64,000 nucleotides of DNA from a virus (IMGVR_UViG_3300014204_000177:5761-69760), one strand, 5' to 3'. Counted from the first letter of the stretch, positions 46,818-57,383 are shown. A program made the numbers and translations. Notes: generated from the letters alone by a model not told the origin.

Positions 46818-49049
46818 TTATTCACACTTGCTGTAACCGCAATTATAGCATGAGTTACACTTACCTTCAGGGCGTAAAGTTTTTGAGTGGCATTCAGGGC
46901 ATTCCGCTAATTCGCTTTCAACAACCTTGATTGGTGCGTCTACCGATAATTCAATAGCTTCAGCGATACAAGCCGCGCAGGAATTATTGATATCCTTTTC
47001 ACCCTGACGTTGCAGGACATTACACGCCGGACACAGACAGGACTTCAATTCAGATATGATTTTATCCCTTGATACACCACAGCGCAATGCCAGTGAGGTC
47101 ATTTTAGTGATCGCATTACGGTTTGCCTGACACCCACCTTCGGACCCAGTGAACACTTCGAATATTTCGCCGTCCACCTTACCAACGATAGTGTAGAAAT
47201 TCTTACTACAAGCAGTATGCCCAGTGACAATATTCCCCGGCACAACCTTACGCGAACCGCGACTCTCAGGTGTTACCGAATTGAATACGATCTTTGACTT
47301 GGGGGTTTCTTCCTGTTTCGGTTCACTCTTTAGGATAGAAGTACGACTACATCCATCACGGAATACGGTGATACCCTTGCATCCTTGCTTCCAAGCATCT
47401 ACATACAAATTGCGAATATCATTAACCGTTGCGTCATTACGCAGGTTTACAGTTGACGATATGGCATTATCCACATAGACTTGAATTGCGGCCTGAGTAT
47501 TGATTCTGGCTTGTGGTGAAATATCTTCCGAATCAACCACATACGGAAAGAATTTTTGCAGGTCTTCCTTATTATGGTACAACCCCCAGTTACGTTCTGT
47601 CATCAAGTCTTCCACACTCTTAGCGAATACATGGAATGTCTTTCCACTCTTTTCCAGTGAATGTGTGGTACGTTCATAATCTACCCGGAACAATGGTTCG
47701 ATACCACCGGACAGGCCACACATCGTAGCGATAGTTCCAGTTGGCGCTATGGAAAGAATTTGGGCATTGCGTAATCCGTTTACCCGAATCATCTCTTTTT
47801 GAGGTTTACCGAGATTTTGAAATATTTCAGATTTTTCGATAAGAGATAAGTTGTATTTGCCGAAAGGTTCTTTTTCTCCAGCTATTTCGGCGGACGCTTC
47901 GATAGATGCTCCCTGTATGAACTGAAATAATATGCGAGTAAATTCGATTGCTTTGTCTGAGCCATACTTTAGTCCCAAGGCTACCAGCATATCCGCATAA
48001 CCAAATACTCCTAATCCTATTGCCCTCCAATCAGTGATACACTGTTTATTTTCAGTGAGAGGTTGAGTATCGTAACCATAATCAAGCGTTTCATCCAAAG
48101 CCCGTACACCCAATCTAACTAGGTATTTTAATTTACCCCAATCAATACTGGGGTTCATTTGGAAAGGATTCTCAACACAGTTGTATAGATTGATACTACC
48201 TAGATTACAGGAATTGAAAGCATTTCCAAAATACTCAGCGCAGGGGTTTGATATATCGATCTTGTATTCATCAAACCCGGACACCAAAGTATGCTTACGG
48301 ACATTATCAATAAAGATAGCTCCCGGTTCAGCAAAGTCATAATTCACTTGACAGAATTGATCGAATAATTTCTTTGGGTTTGGGTAATGTGTAATGATCT
48401 CCCCAGTAGATTCTACTTCGAACTGGCACCCCCATTCCATATCGTTATTTACTTTGGACATAAAATCATTGTTCCACAGTACCGATAGGTTGCAAGCTTG
48501 TAAAGCTACGTTGTTCTGTTTTGCATTTATAAAGTCTCCGATATCCGGGTGAGTACACGATAACCCCATAAGGAGAGCCGCCCGTCTGTTATTAGCTCCG
48601 ATAACGCTACCAGTAGAGTTGTAGATATCCAGATAAGAAACAGGGCCAGTAGATGTTTTTGCCGCATTGTGAACTTTCGCTCCTTTTGGTCTTAATTTAT
48701 CCAGCGAAATTCCACATCCACCACCATAAGAATATATTCGGGCCGATTTCGCATTGACCCCAAATATCGATTCAAGATTATCTTCCGGAGAGGGAAGAAT
48801 ATAACAGTTACTCATGGTAGCCTTAAACTTTCCTTTAGCTCCAGCGGCATATAAGGACCGTCCGGCAGGGAAAAAGTCAGCGTTCTTTAAAGCGAGTCTG
48901 ATATCTTCAGGATTACTAAAGATCGAAGCAACACGTTCAAAGAATTGTTCCGTGGTGGTTTCGTCCGAGTGCATATACTTTTTGCGTATAATAGTTTCAC
49001 CCAGTTCTGTTTTATACCACGGCGTATATCGGTTCGTATTAGAAGTCAT
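46818..49049 (-). CDS. nrdJ: class II (B12-dependent) ribonucleotide reductase
   Basis: SNCY, GGGCG, HPDI--FI-AK, SNPCAEY...CNLGSINL, IAPTGTI, KGITVFRDG, C-terminal Zn ribbon. Confidence 0.93.
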   Translation of the reverse strand: MTSNTNRYTPWYKTELGETIIRKKYMHSDETTTEQFFERVASIFSNPEDIRLALKNADFFPAGRSLYAAGAKGKFKATMSNCYILPSPEDNLESIFGVNAKSARIYSYGGGCGISLDKLRPKGAKVHNAAKTSTGPVSYLDIYNSTGSVIGANNRRAALLMGLSCTHPDIGDFINAKQNNVALQACNLSVLWNNDFMSKVNNDMEWGCQFEVESTGEIITHYPNPKKLFDQFCQVNYDFAEPGAIFIDNVRKHTLVSGFDEYKIDISNPCAEYFGNAFNSCNLGSINLYNCVENPFQMNPSIDWGKLKYLVRLGVRALDETLDYGYDTQPLTENKQCITDWRAIGLGVFGYADMLVALGLKYGSDKAIEFTRILFQFIQGASIEASAEIAGEKEPFGKYNLSLIEKSEIFQNLGKPQKEMIRVNGLRNAQILSIAPTGTIATMCGLSGGIEPLFRVDYERTTHSLEKSGKTFHVFAKSVEDLMTERNWGLYHNKEDLQKFFPYVVDSEDISPQARINTQAAIQVYVDNAISSTVNLRNDATVNDIRNLYVDAWKQGCKGITVFRDGCSRTSILKSEPKQEETPKSKIVFNSVTPESRGSRKVVPGNIVTGHTACSKNFYTIVGKVDGEIFEVFTGSEGGCQANRNAITKMTSLALRCGVSRDKIISELKSCLCPACNVLQRQGEKDINNSCAACIAEAIELSVDAPIKVVESELAECPECHSKTLRPEGKCNSCYNCGYSKCE

Positions 49050-49187
49050 TTCTTTACCTCCACCATATCTTTACCACATGGACATTTGACTCCTGTAGGC
49101 CGAACCAACATAGTCATTGTTTTGCCGCATTTAGGGCATTTATATTTTATCTCTTTCATTTTAAATCCTCCCGTAGCCTATACTTCT

Positions 49188-49216
49188 ATTATACCACATT
49201 ATTCTGGTGCTGTCAA
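49188..49216 (-). promoter_or_regulatory. sigmaA-type promoter upstream of nrdJ
   Basis: TTGACA-17 bp-TATAAT. Confidence 0.8.
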
Positions 49217-49331
49217 TATCTTAGACTTCATATCCTCATACACATTTTTCCACTGTGAGTCTGGGAATACTTTTGCCAATAATTCGATTGACTTGTAGAA
49301 GACGATACTACGATGATTTGAGAACCAGTTT

Positions 49332-50837
49332 TTAAACTCGTCCATGTTCAATGGCGTGTCTTGCATTGATTAGTTCACCTCTTAATACATTGGTTAAATC
49401 TCCCATGACTGCAAACCATTCCTGATGACTGACATTGTAGCCATTAGACAGGGACATTTCAAATTGGATATGGTATGCTTGCGTGAAGTGCATCAGCAAC
49501 GGCAGGATACATTGTTTAGAAAAAACCATTTCCCGCAGTTCCGGCATGTTCTTTTCTATCCCCTCCGAACACAGTTGCATAATTTCGTTAGCTTCCTGTA
49601 TCGCAGAGTCGATCTTACCGAGTAGATGTTCCGTCGAACTGGGTGTAAAACTGGCTAGGGTATCCGTAATAGTTTGCCGGATAGACGAAGCAGGAGCCTC
49701 ACAGAGCGACGAAAATTCTTTTAGGGTACCTATGGTAGCCCCCTGTATCTTTGCCCCACCTTCTGTGCAGTTGTAGCACTTCCCTTGGTACATTTTAAGA
49801 TCATGTTCGTATGCTTTCAGGCAGTCATACCAGATTTGGTGTGTTTCCACTTCCGGTTCGACGTTACCGGGAACTTTAATGCGTGACATGTTGAGGTGAT
49901 TCTGGGACTCACCTTCAAACAATGGCGCATCGTCAGCATGTGTCTTGTCTCCAACGAATGCCAAATCTTGTCCGACGAGAGCAATCGGATTGCAACCCAA
50001 TTCTTCCGCGATTTTAAAGGCCATATTACCAGATGACTGTTCCACTTGTAGAATCCCACGTTCAATGTCAAGCCATTTGAAGTGGTCGAAGTTGCGATAG
50101 ACAATAACTCTGGGGCCGGGATATCCCATATAAACTTCTTTTGGTACAACCGGACAGGCGGCGAGATAGATTCCATCAAGTTCATCATCCTTCCAACGGT
50201 TCAGCATTGCCACGGTTTCAGGAATACGTTCCAAGGATGCAACCAAATGGGGCCGGATACCGAATTCCAGTAGTGGTTTCAATGAAGCATCTGCCGCAAT
50301 GATAACAGCCTTATCCTGTAATTCCTTTAACAATGGAAGCTGTTTAGTCAACGAAGGTCCAGTGGCAACCACGATAGCTGGCTTATCCTTGAAGGTATCC
50401 TTCAACATATTGATACCCGGATTATTAATGATCTCGTTGATGTTGTGGAACATGTTGGAAATACCAATCAAAGAATCCTCCGGGTCATTACCATATCTCA
50501 ATATAGCTAAACGCAGAGCCACAATTAACATCCCGGTCATTGCCTTGGCATAGTTTGATTTCACATTGGGACCAAATACTTCGGCAGTCGGAAACCATAC
50601 AAAGCGATTCTGCTCCACAAGGAAGCTGTATAGAACACTATAAGCATCCTCCACTGGGAGATCAAGGAAAATCTTAATAGGTAGATGTGACTTGACAATC
50701 GCATCAATATGACTGACATATTTCTTGCGGTCAGTCTCGAATACGATAGCAAACTTGGTATCATTCTTTCTCCATTTTTTATTGATATAATTGAACAAAT
50801 CGGCATCAATACCGAAGAAGATTGCAATATTTACCAC
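49332..50837 (-). CDS. Maf/DUF115 (motility-associated factor-like) glycosyltransferase
   Basis: PAIVVATGPSL, IIAADAS, SSGNMA...LGCNPI-LVGQDLA, NCTEGGA. Confidence 0.85.
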   Translation of the reverse strand: MVNIAIFFGIDADLFNYINKKWRKNDTKFAIVFETDRKKYVSHIDAIVKSHLPIKIFLDLPVEDAYSVLYSFLVEQNRFVWFPTAEVFGPNVKSNYAKAMTGMLIVALRLAILRYGNDPEDSLIGISNMFHNINEIINNPGINMLKDTFKDKPAIVVATGPSLTKQLPLLKELQDKAVIIAADASLKPLLEFGIRPHLVASLERIPETVAMLNRWKDDELDGIYLAACPVVPKEVYMGYPGPRVIVYRNFDHFKWLDIERGILQVEQSSGNMAFKIAEELGCNPIALVGQDLAFVGDKTHADDAPLFEGESQNHLNMSRIKVPGNVEPEVETHQIWYDCLKAYEHDLKMYQGKCYNCTEGGAKIQGATIGTLKEFSSLCEAPASSIRQTITDTLASFTPSSTEHLLGKIDSAIQEANEIMQLCSEGIEKNMPELREMVFSKQCILPLLMHFTQAYHIQFEMSLSNGYNVSHQEWFAVMGDLTNVLRGELINARHAIEHGRV

Positions 50838-51775
50838 AGTATAAAATCATCCTTTTTAAAGTTTTGCGGGGCGGTTTGCTTTAACGCCTCGTCCCATCTG
50901 CTAGCTGACATACCGTAGCCGGGGCGCTTAGTTATAATATTATTTTCTGTGAATTTCTCGCCCATAAAAATATCAGTTTTAGCGACGATAGATTTGTATG
51001 CCAGCCGTCTCTTGTTATGTAACGTAGGGTCAATATCCCATTTATATGGCATATGCAGGATTGACTCCCATTGACGGAAGTTTTGAATATCCTCCATATC
51101 CATAGACCACGCATGATCTTGCCCTTGCTTACGCTTATCATCAGTAAAATGAACTTCCAAAGTAGTGGCACCCAGAGTCACCGCATGAGTCAAAGGTGTC
51201 AGCATCGGGTCCAAAATGAAATGACTTGATAAACCAAACGTACCATTCAACTGTCGAATTTTATCAAACTCAGATTTAAAACTACGGATACATTCCAATG
51301 GGGCCGGATATAACAGAATACAGTGTAGGTGAGTAGTAATACAACATTCTCGTTTAGCCGTTACTATCTCTCTTTCGGTAGCCGAACCCAAAGATGCAAT
51401 CAAGCGTAGTTTGCTATAGGTCAGTGTGCGTAACATTGGTATATCCGTCAATTCACTAGAAGCGATCTTGATAAAATCCGGGCATAATTCAATAGCTTGC
51501 TTGGCAGACTCTACACCGAATGGAGCAATCCCCCACTTGATTCCTTTTTGGTTACACCACCAAACGATATCTTTCCATTCTTGTGGTGTAAAAAATTTCT
51601 GCTTGGCAAACGCCACATAATCATCAGAGGTTTTAATGGCAATTTCTTCCGGTGTATATAACTGAAACTTAACCGCAGTTGCTCCAGCCTTGGTAGCATC
51701 CAGACACAACTTCTTGCATAGGTCTATCTTTCCTTCATGGTGCATACCGATTTCGGCAATTAATTCAACAGTCAT
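50831..51775 (-). CDS. neuB: NeuB/PseI-family nonulosonic acid synthase with SAF domain
   Basis: IAEIG-HH-G, GATAVKFQ, IKIASSELT, GAT--EVHFT-D, KRPG-G. Confidence 0.9.
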   Translation of the reverse strand: MTVELIAEIGMHHEGKIDLCKKLCLDATKAGATAVKFQLYTPEEIAIKTSDDYVAFAKQKFFTPQEWKDIVWWCNQKGIKWGIAPFGVESAKQAIELCPDFIKIASSELTDIPMLRTLTYSKLRLIASLGSATEREIVTAKRECCITTHLHCILLYPAPLECIRSFKSEFDKIRQLNGTFGLSSHFILDPMLTPLTHAVTLGATTLEVHFTDDKRKQGQDHAWSMDMEDIQNFRQWESILHMPYKWDIDPTLHNKRRLAYKSIVAKTDIFMGEKFTENNIITKRPGYGMSASRWDEALKQTAPQNFKKDDFILW

Positions 51776-52722
51776 ACAATGGTCAGCCCCCTAGAGAATC
51801 CGGCCCAGATTGTACACTCTTTACAGGCACCGGGGTACACTCCATGTTTATGCTTTTCTCGTAGGTCGGCTAATGCTTTACCCTTCCAGATGGTTGACAA
51901 ATCATCTACATCGGTATTACCCAAAATCAAGCTGTGATTCCAGTCCACGTTACAAGCCGATACAGTATGGTCAGCGTTAACCGCCATTGCGTACCACAGG
52001 ATAGGACAGGGGAAACGCAGGTCTTGCATCGGGTCAGTGACACCGATATCAATAGCCCCGGACCAGCTATGTACTCCGGTAATCTGAGCAAACTTACCCC
52101 ATCGGTCAACAAATGTATCTAGTTGTTCGGCAGAAGTATCCTCAGTCTCCACGGTCTTTACCCGGATGTTGGTATCATGGGCATGGGCGATAATATAGTT
52201 GTCGGTATTATGTACCACCCGTACAAATTCATCCCGCTGTTTCAGTTTCAAGAATTCTTTACGGTTGTTGGCATCCAAACTTACTGTAAGGTCATCAATC
52301 TTGGTGGTAAGTCTATCCAATAAAACCGCATTAGTATTCATATGTACAGTGTTAAACTTCCCTGACTTCATAGCATACTCAACCATTTCGTTGACTTGTG
52401 GATGAATCAGGGTTTCTCCATCTTTATGTAGATTCAGCATTACCCGACCAGAAGGGCATTCGTCAATCAGTTTTTTGAAATGTTCCAGTGTCATCGTCCG
52501 AATGTTGGTAGGCCGGGGGCAGAAGGTACATTCCAAATTACAACCATTCGTATTTTCAATATTCAATACCAACGGGAAGTTAGGGTCATACAACTTTTCC
52601 ACTACCTGCGGTTTCATACAGGTCATTGAACCCAGTTCATATAGGGGATGTAGTTGTTTGTGGTATTGTGCTGTCGGTCCTTTAGCCATTATCTTCCTCA
52701 ATCCCATCACAGATGATATCAT
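51772..52722 (-). CDS. radical SAM/SPASM-domain protein
   Basis: CNLECTFC; C-terminal CP...C...GN...W...C--C. Confidence 0.88.
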   Translation of the reverse strand: MISSVMGLRKIMAKGPTAQYHKQLHPLYELGSMTCMKPQVVEKLYDPNFPLVLNIENTNGCNLECTFCPRPTNIRTMTLEHFKKLIDECPSGRVMLNLHKDGETLIHPQVNEMVEYAMKSGKFNTVHMNTNAVLLDRLTTKIDDLTVSLDANNRKEFLKLKQRDEFVRVVHNTDNYIIAHAHDTNIRVKTVETEDTSAEQLDTFVDRWGKFAQITGVHSWSGAIDIGVTDPMQDLRFPCPILWYAMAVNADHTVSACNVDWNHSLILGNTDVDDLSTIWKGKALADLREKHKHGVYPGACKECTIWAGFSRGLTIV

Positions 52723-52879
52723 TCATAATATTATCAAGTTCAAAACCAACATCAGTAGCAATCTCCATTGCTTCTTTAGCTGTACTATTAGTTGCCGCCA
52801 CCCCTAAGAGTCTTCCTATTACCCCATTTAGTCTATAGCTTTGTTCCTCAATTCGTTCAATGAGCTTATCTTTTGTCAT
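52682..52879 (-). CDS. hypothetical protein
   Basis: 65-aa ORF inside the cluster. Confidence 0.5.
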   Translation of the reverse strand: MTKDKLIERIEEQSYRLNGVIGRLLGVAATNSTAKEAMEIATDVGFELDNIMNDIICDGIEEDNG

Positions 52880-52883
52880 TTTA

Positions 52884-53624
52884 TTACTTCCTTCCGCTAT
52901 ATTCTCCGTATGTTATATTGTGTACTCTCCACACGCCATCATCGTCTTGCCAGAAGTTACTATTCATACTCCACTGGCCCTTGGGACAATCGATATGATT
53001 TAGTCCATCGACAGAAATTTGACTCTGTTTCTTTTTGACAGGTTTTGTCAGTATAGCATTCTTGCCATGGTAACGATACCGATATAGAGGAATATCAATG
53101 TAAGCGATTGACATTTCATGCTTGATAAAGCGAGTACGGAAGTCGATATCCTCCCGGTCAACCTTATTGTAACCGCCAATCTTTTTGAATACTTCCGTCC
53201 GATACATCACACCACAAGCTATCGGAGTTGTCAATGGTGAACGTCGATCTAATACCCGAAGTCCTTCATCCACAATAAAGTGATCTGACTCCACGGCATC
53301 CACGAAGGTATTAAAGTCAAGATACAATCCCAGTATCCGGGCAGTATCACGGTGAATACAATCGTCGGCATCCAGAAACATCACATATTGTCCTGTTGCT
53401 TCGGTAATCCCTGCGTTGCGACATTTAGCAATACCAACATTATCCAATAGTTGAACGTGCTTGATATATGGCGAGAACGCCTTGATAACGGTAACGCTAT
53501 CATCAGTGGAAGCGTCATCCACTACAATAATTTCGACAGGTTCGGTCTGATCAAGACAGGAACGAATTGCTCTCGCCACATATCTCCCATAGTTATAGTT
53601 GGTTATAATGATACTTGTTTTCAT
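52884..53624 (-). CDS. GT2-family glycosyltransferase
   Basis: SIIITNYN, VDDASTD, RNAG, FLDADD. Confidence 0.92.
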   Translation of the reverse strand: MKTSIIITNYNYGRYVARAIRSCLDQTEPVEIIVVDDASTDDSVTVIKAFSPYIKHVQLLDNVGIAKCRNAGITEATGQYVMFLDADDCIHRDTARILGLYLDFNTFVDAVESDHFIVDEGLRVLDRRSPLTTPIACGVMYRTEVFKKIGGYNKVDREDIDFRTRFIKHEMSIAYIDIPLYRYRYHGKNAILTKPVKKKQSQISVDGLNHIDCPKGQWSMNSNFWQDDDGVWRVHNITYGEYSGRK

Positions 53625-54697
53625 TTACATCTCTCCAAAGTTTTTCTTAAAGCCTGATATGATCGTTCAGGCAAGGCCATATTGTTGGACAGGGCCACGA
53701 TTCTGGGTTGTAGGTATTCAGCCGTTGGGCATATACCATACCCACAAAAGATTTTTTCCATTGCTGGCTCCTGATATGTAAGCTTCCATGCGGCATACCC
53801 ACCTTCGCCACCGAATGCACGATAGGCGGTAAGGAAATTCTTGGGACGTTCATGTAGGAACGGTTTCGCCCAGTAGTTACGTCCATACTTGAATGTTTGT
53901 TGCGGCATGGTAAACTGGTCAAGGATAAAGCCGAATCCATCAGCAATAATATCCCGATGTTCGATCAGTTCGTCCAAGTGTCGCAGTTGACCATACAATA
54001 CCGCCGCCTGAAAATCAGACATGCGGTAGTTGAACGAACGATACATTTCATGTCGGTCTGCGTCAGGGTCCGTCTTATCAATCGGGTAGTTACCATATCC
54101 CAGACTATGGAAACTATTACACCAATCATATTTATCTTTTTGGGCATGACCAAACAACAATGCCCCACCCTCTCCACAAGTAATAATCTTACTAGCTTGA
54201 AAGGATAGGGTGATAAAGTCCGAGAAGTTATCAAGGACCGGGACCGACTGCGCGGCATCGTGAATCAAAGGTACCCCAAGTTGAGCCAAACGTGGGTCAA
54301 TGGGATGCCCGTATAGGGACACAGCGATAATCGCGCCGAACTTATGTTTATGTGAACTGAAAGCTTCCATACGATTCTTAACTGCTTCATAACTAATGGT
54401 CCAGTTATCGGCATCCACATCACAGAATACAGGTTGTCCACCAGCTTCTTGAATGGCAATCGTAGTTGCCGCCATTGTCAGCGGGGTAGTGAAAACCAAT
54501 TTGCCAGTTACATCCAGTGCTTCCAATGCGGTATGGATAGGTGCCGTTCCGTTACAGAAACAAAGTGCTGGTTTATTAAACCGTTTGCACAGTTCAGCTT
54601 CCGCTTTTTTAACCATTACTCCATTGTGAGAGGTCCGGCATCCGTTCTCCAATACCTTTTGAATAGCATCGAATTCGTAAATTCCGAATCTACTCAT
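53621..54697 (-). CDS. DegT/DnrJ/EryC1/StrS-family sugar aminotransferase
   Basis: NGT, HDAAQS, SFQASKIITCGEGG (PLP lysine), NYRMSD. Confidence 0.92.
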   Translation of the reverse strand: MSRFGIYEFDAIQKVLENGCRTSHNGVMVKKAEAELCKRFNKPALCFCNGTAPIHTALEALDVTGKLVFTTPLTMAATTIAIQEAGGQPVFCDVDADNWTISYEAVKNRMEAFSSHKHKFGAIIAVSLYGHPIDPRLAQLGVPLIHDAAQSVPVLDNFSDFITLSFQASKIITCGEGGALLFGHAQKDKYDWCNSFHSLGYGNYPIDKTDPDADRHEMYRSFNYRMSDFQAAVLYGQLRHLDELIEHRDIIADGFGFILDQFTMPQQTFKYGRNYWAKPFLHERPKNFLTAYRAFGGEGGYAAWKLTYQEPAMEKIFCGYGICPTAEYLQPRIVALSNNMALPERSYQALRKTLERCK

Positions 54698-54858
54698 GGT
54701 ATTTTTACTCCTTTAATTTCACTACACAATCTTTCATGTACAGTGAACCGTCTTCCAAAATTTTGATAGAACTGGTTTGTCGAAAAGCTATTTCCGAAAT
54801 CCCTTTTAGTATCATCAATGTGCGTAGTTGCTCTTGAAAGTCCTGTAAAATTTCTAGG

Positions 54859-55560
54859 TCACTCATTTAAAAATCGCCTCCAAAACATTAAATCTTCAGG
54901 TACATCTATCGTAGCAATCGTGCTAGATAGGTCCGGTTCATTGCGGTCAAGACAGAAAGTTTTAGCTCCATGCGCCTTGGTAAAATAGTTAGACATGTGT
55001 TCGCGTTCTGGTCCCATAGCATTATTGTAACCACGCATCAGGAACTCCCCGGTAAAACACTCATGGTTCATTCCGTATGGTTGGTTCTTTGTATAAACGT
55101 AATCATAACCATCAGTGATTAATTTACGGATACACTGAATGGCAAGATTTGGTTTGCGGAACGGGTCATCTGCCGTATACCGATAGATATAATCAAAACC
55201 AAACTGACCAGCGCATTTGTAATACCGATCAAACAAATCATCCTGACTACCATAGAATACAAACAGGGCATTATTGGAAGTAGTCATAGTACCGTCACCA
55301 TTTGACATTGATATCATAGTTGGTAACAGTTTCTCTATATCTTTTGGTTCAGTCTCCGGCATAGCCACCACAATTTTGGTATCATAGAAGTGCATCAACC
55401 GTAGCGCCATAATACTGGCCCTGTCAATCACCATATCCAGTACCGTCTTCTGTTTAAATAGGGGTAGTATAACCTTATTAGGTAGGCGGGTACTGTTCAA
55501 TCGTGCTTGTATAATAATACCAACCTTGATACCTGGATTTAATGGTTCTGTGATATCCAT
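54859..55560 (-). CDS. SpsF/PseF-like cytidylyltransferase
   Basis: IIIQARLNSTRLPNKV, GSQDDLFDRY, RYTADDP, TIDVPEDL. Confidence 0.88.
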   Translation of the reverse strand: MDITEPLNPGIKVGIIIQARLNSTRLPNKVILPLFKQKTVLDMVIDRASIMALRLMHFYDTKIVVAMPETEPKDIEKLLPTMISMSNGDGTMTTSNNALFVFYGSQDDLFDRYYKCAGQFGFDYIYRYTADDPFRKPNLAIQCIRKLITDGYDYVYTKNQPYGMNHECFTGEFLMRGYNNAMGPEREHMSNYFTKAHGAKTFCLDRNEPDLSSTIATIDVPEDLMFWRRFLNE

Positions 55561-55760
55561 TACTGTATTAGACTTCCCATAATATTCAAGGTGATCTTCC
55601 CTTTATGGACGGTCATCTCCACTTGACAATCAGGCAGACTATCAAGTTCTTTGGTATCCAATTCGATCTTACCGCCACTCTTTTTGACCAGCACGAACAG
55701 GATTGCCTTGAGAGTTTGCAGACGTTGAAATTCCTCCGTTAAATCTTCCATTACCGACAT
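55560..55760 (-). CDS. hypothetical protein
   Basis: 66-aa ORF overlapping the next start. Confidence 0.5.
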   Translation of the reverse strand: MSVMEDLTEEFQRLQTLKAILFVLVKKSGGKIELDTKELDSLPDCQVEMTVHKGKITLNIMGSLIQ

Positions 55761-56124
55761 TGTTTTCTCCTTTTAACCATACTTCCTTACAGTCGTAATA
55801 TACCCTGACAAGGAAATTGATTTTTGTTTTACAGTCATCCACCATTTTTATGAGTCGATTAAAGTTCTTCCATTCGGCTAATACTTGTTCATTAGCCTTG
55901 GCAATTAAAGCACCCTTGGCGGCAGACTCATTAGAGTCCAGCGCCACCTTGGATTCATACCACTTGGCATACGCCTCCTGATCGTTACAATCCTGTTGCC
56001 ATTTGAACTTTTCACCTTCGTAAAACTCAGCAAGTACCGAAGCAGTTTCCATTAGCCGAAAAGCCCCGGCAGGGTCATTATCTGCGAGGGCTTTATATTC
56101 GGTTTTCAATTCTTCATAGTTCAT
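55669..56124 (-). CDS. hypothetical helical protein
   Basis: Likely start MNYEELK (56124); coiled-coil character. Confidence 0.5.
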   Translation of the reverse strand: MNYEELKTEYKALADNDPAGAFRLMETASVLAEFYEGEKFKWQQDCNDQEAYAKWYESKVALDSNESAAKGALIAKANEQVLAEWKNFNRLIKMVDDCKTKINFLVRVYYDCKEVWLKGENNVGNGRFNGGISTSANSQGNPVRAGQKEWR

Positions 56125-56350
56125 AGCAATCCCACCATCTGCCCAATAGGGTAAATATATCATTGAGGGCTACCTGTGCATCTGCATAAGTATCCTTGCG
56201 GACAAGGACTGCGGTTTCTGAGTTGTCATATACTGCCAACACGGTGTAAGTATAATCTGATTTACCTTCCGGCAGATACTTGTCAATCACGAATTCCCGA
56301 ACCTTATTGATATCGACGATTCTATTTTTGCCTTGTGTTTTAAGAAACAT
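56114..56350 (-). CDS. hypothetical protein
   Basis: 78 aa, AGGAG RBS. Confidence 0.55.
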   Translation of the reverse strand: MFLKTQGKNRIVDINKVREFVIDKYLPEGKSDYTYTVLAVYDNSETAVLVRKDTYADAQVALNDIFTLLGRWWDCYEL

Positions 56351-56361
56351 ATTTTTCTCCT

Positions 56362-56730
56362 TTATTGCAGGATATCGCTCTTGACAGCTTTCTTTACTTT
56401 ATCCAAGAGATTTTCCTTACGCGCAGGGCTACCATTGACTTCGACTGAGATAGCATCCTTAATTTCATCCGGCATTTCTTTGCGGATTTGCGCCAAACCT
56501 TCAGCCATTTCTGTGGCAATATCCATCAGCGGAGTGATATCGGCACCGTCCATCAGTTCAGTCAGTTCCCGTTTTGCCGAAGCAATCTTGAACACCGAGA
56601 CAATAACCATCATACTTACCAGAGGATTCAGGTTATTTTCTTTAGTAAACTGATCGATCTTTCCTTGAACCTTATCCCGCAGGGCGTTGGATGTAGCATT
56701 TTGTTTTAACCATTCTTGACCTTTTCCCAT
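56362..56730 (-). CDS. hypothetical protein
   Basis: 122-aa ORF. Confidence 0.55.
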   Translation of the reverse strand: MGKGQEWLKQNATSNALRDKVQGKIDQFTKENNLNPLVSMMVIVSVFKIASAKRELTELMDGADITPLMDIATEMAEGLAQIRKEMPDEIKDAISVEVNGSPARKENLLDKVKKAVKSDILQ

Positions 56731-56735
56731 TTTAT

Positions 56736-57383
56736 TTACCCTCTTTTCATTGTTTTTATTGTTTCCATACTGATCGCGAATATAAACGGTTGCTTACCTT
56801 GTTTCATAGCTACGAAAGAAGCATTATCCTGTTCAAACCATCTATGTAATTTTTTAAGTCTCAGGTCTGGTATCTCCTTATCGGTGCCAATCGGAAACCC
56901 GTTAAGGAATTGGTGCATCTTCTCCATATCTACTATGTAACAAAAGCCATCTATTTTAGTACCGCCATCGGCGGCGTATCTATAATAGGTTTTGAGGTCT
57001 GCTCGATACTTTGACTCTACCAGATACCTCTTACCGTCAATATATAAGTGAACATCACTCTCCAAACTGAAGTCCTCTGATGCTCCCACTACATTGACAC
57101 CTTTGAACATACCAGACCCAAGAACTTGTCCTGATTCAAAACCCCAACGTGTGAATAGATTTGCTACTCCCTTCTCAGCGGCCTTGCCGTGTCTCTTTGC
57201 GGCCCGGATTCTCTTTGTTCGTTCCGGGTCTTTGGCGGCCTTTTTAGCCGCCTTGCGTTCTGCAATCTCACGCAGTTGTCGCGGTGAGCGAACAGTAGGC
57301 TCTATCGGTTGATAGTCGCTATAGTCTGAACAAAAATCACAGTCAAAAGAGTTACGACAGTTTGATTGAACTACACATTTCAT
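56736..57383 (-). CDS. PD-(D/E)XK Holliday-junction-resolvase-like nuclease
   Basis: GKAAE, GSG, SDV, LVESK; N-terminal Cys cluster. Confidence 0.7.
   Translation of the reverse strand: MKCVVQSNCRNSFDCDFCSDYSDYQPIEPTVRSPRQLREIAERKAAKKAAKDPERTKRIRAAKRHGKAAEKGVANLFTRWGFESGQVLGSGMFKGVNVVGASEDFSLESDVHLYIDGKRYLVESKYRADLKTYYRYAADGGTKIDGFCYIVDMEKMHQFLNGFPIGTDKEIPDLRLKKLHRWFEQDNASFVAMKQGKQPFIFAISMETIKTMKRG

Noticed and set aside
54697-54860. Short ORF MSDLEILQ...ISE* with possible TAG readthrough
   Set aside because: Only 25 codons, the continuation is short and uninformative, and there is no other sign of amber recoding
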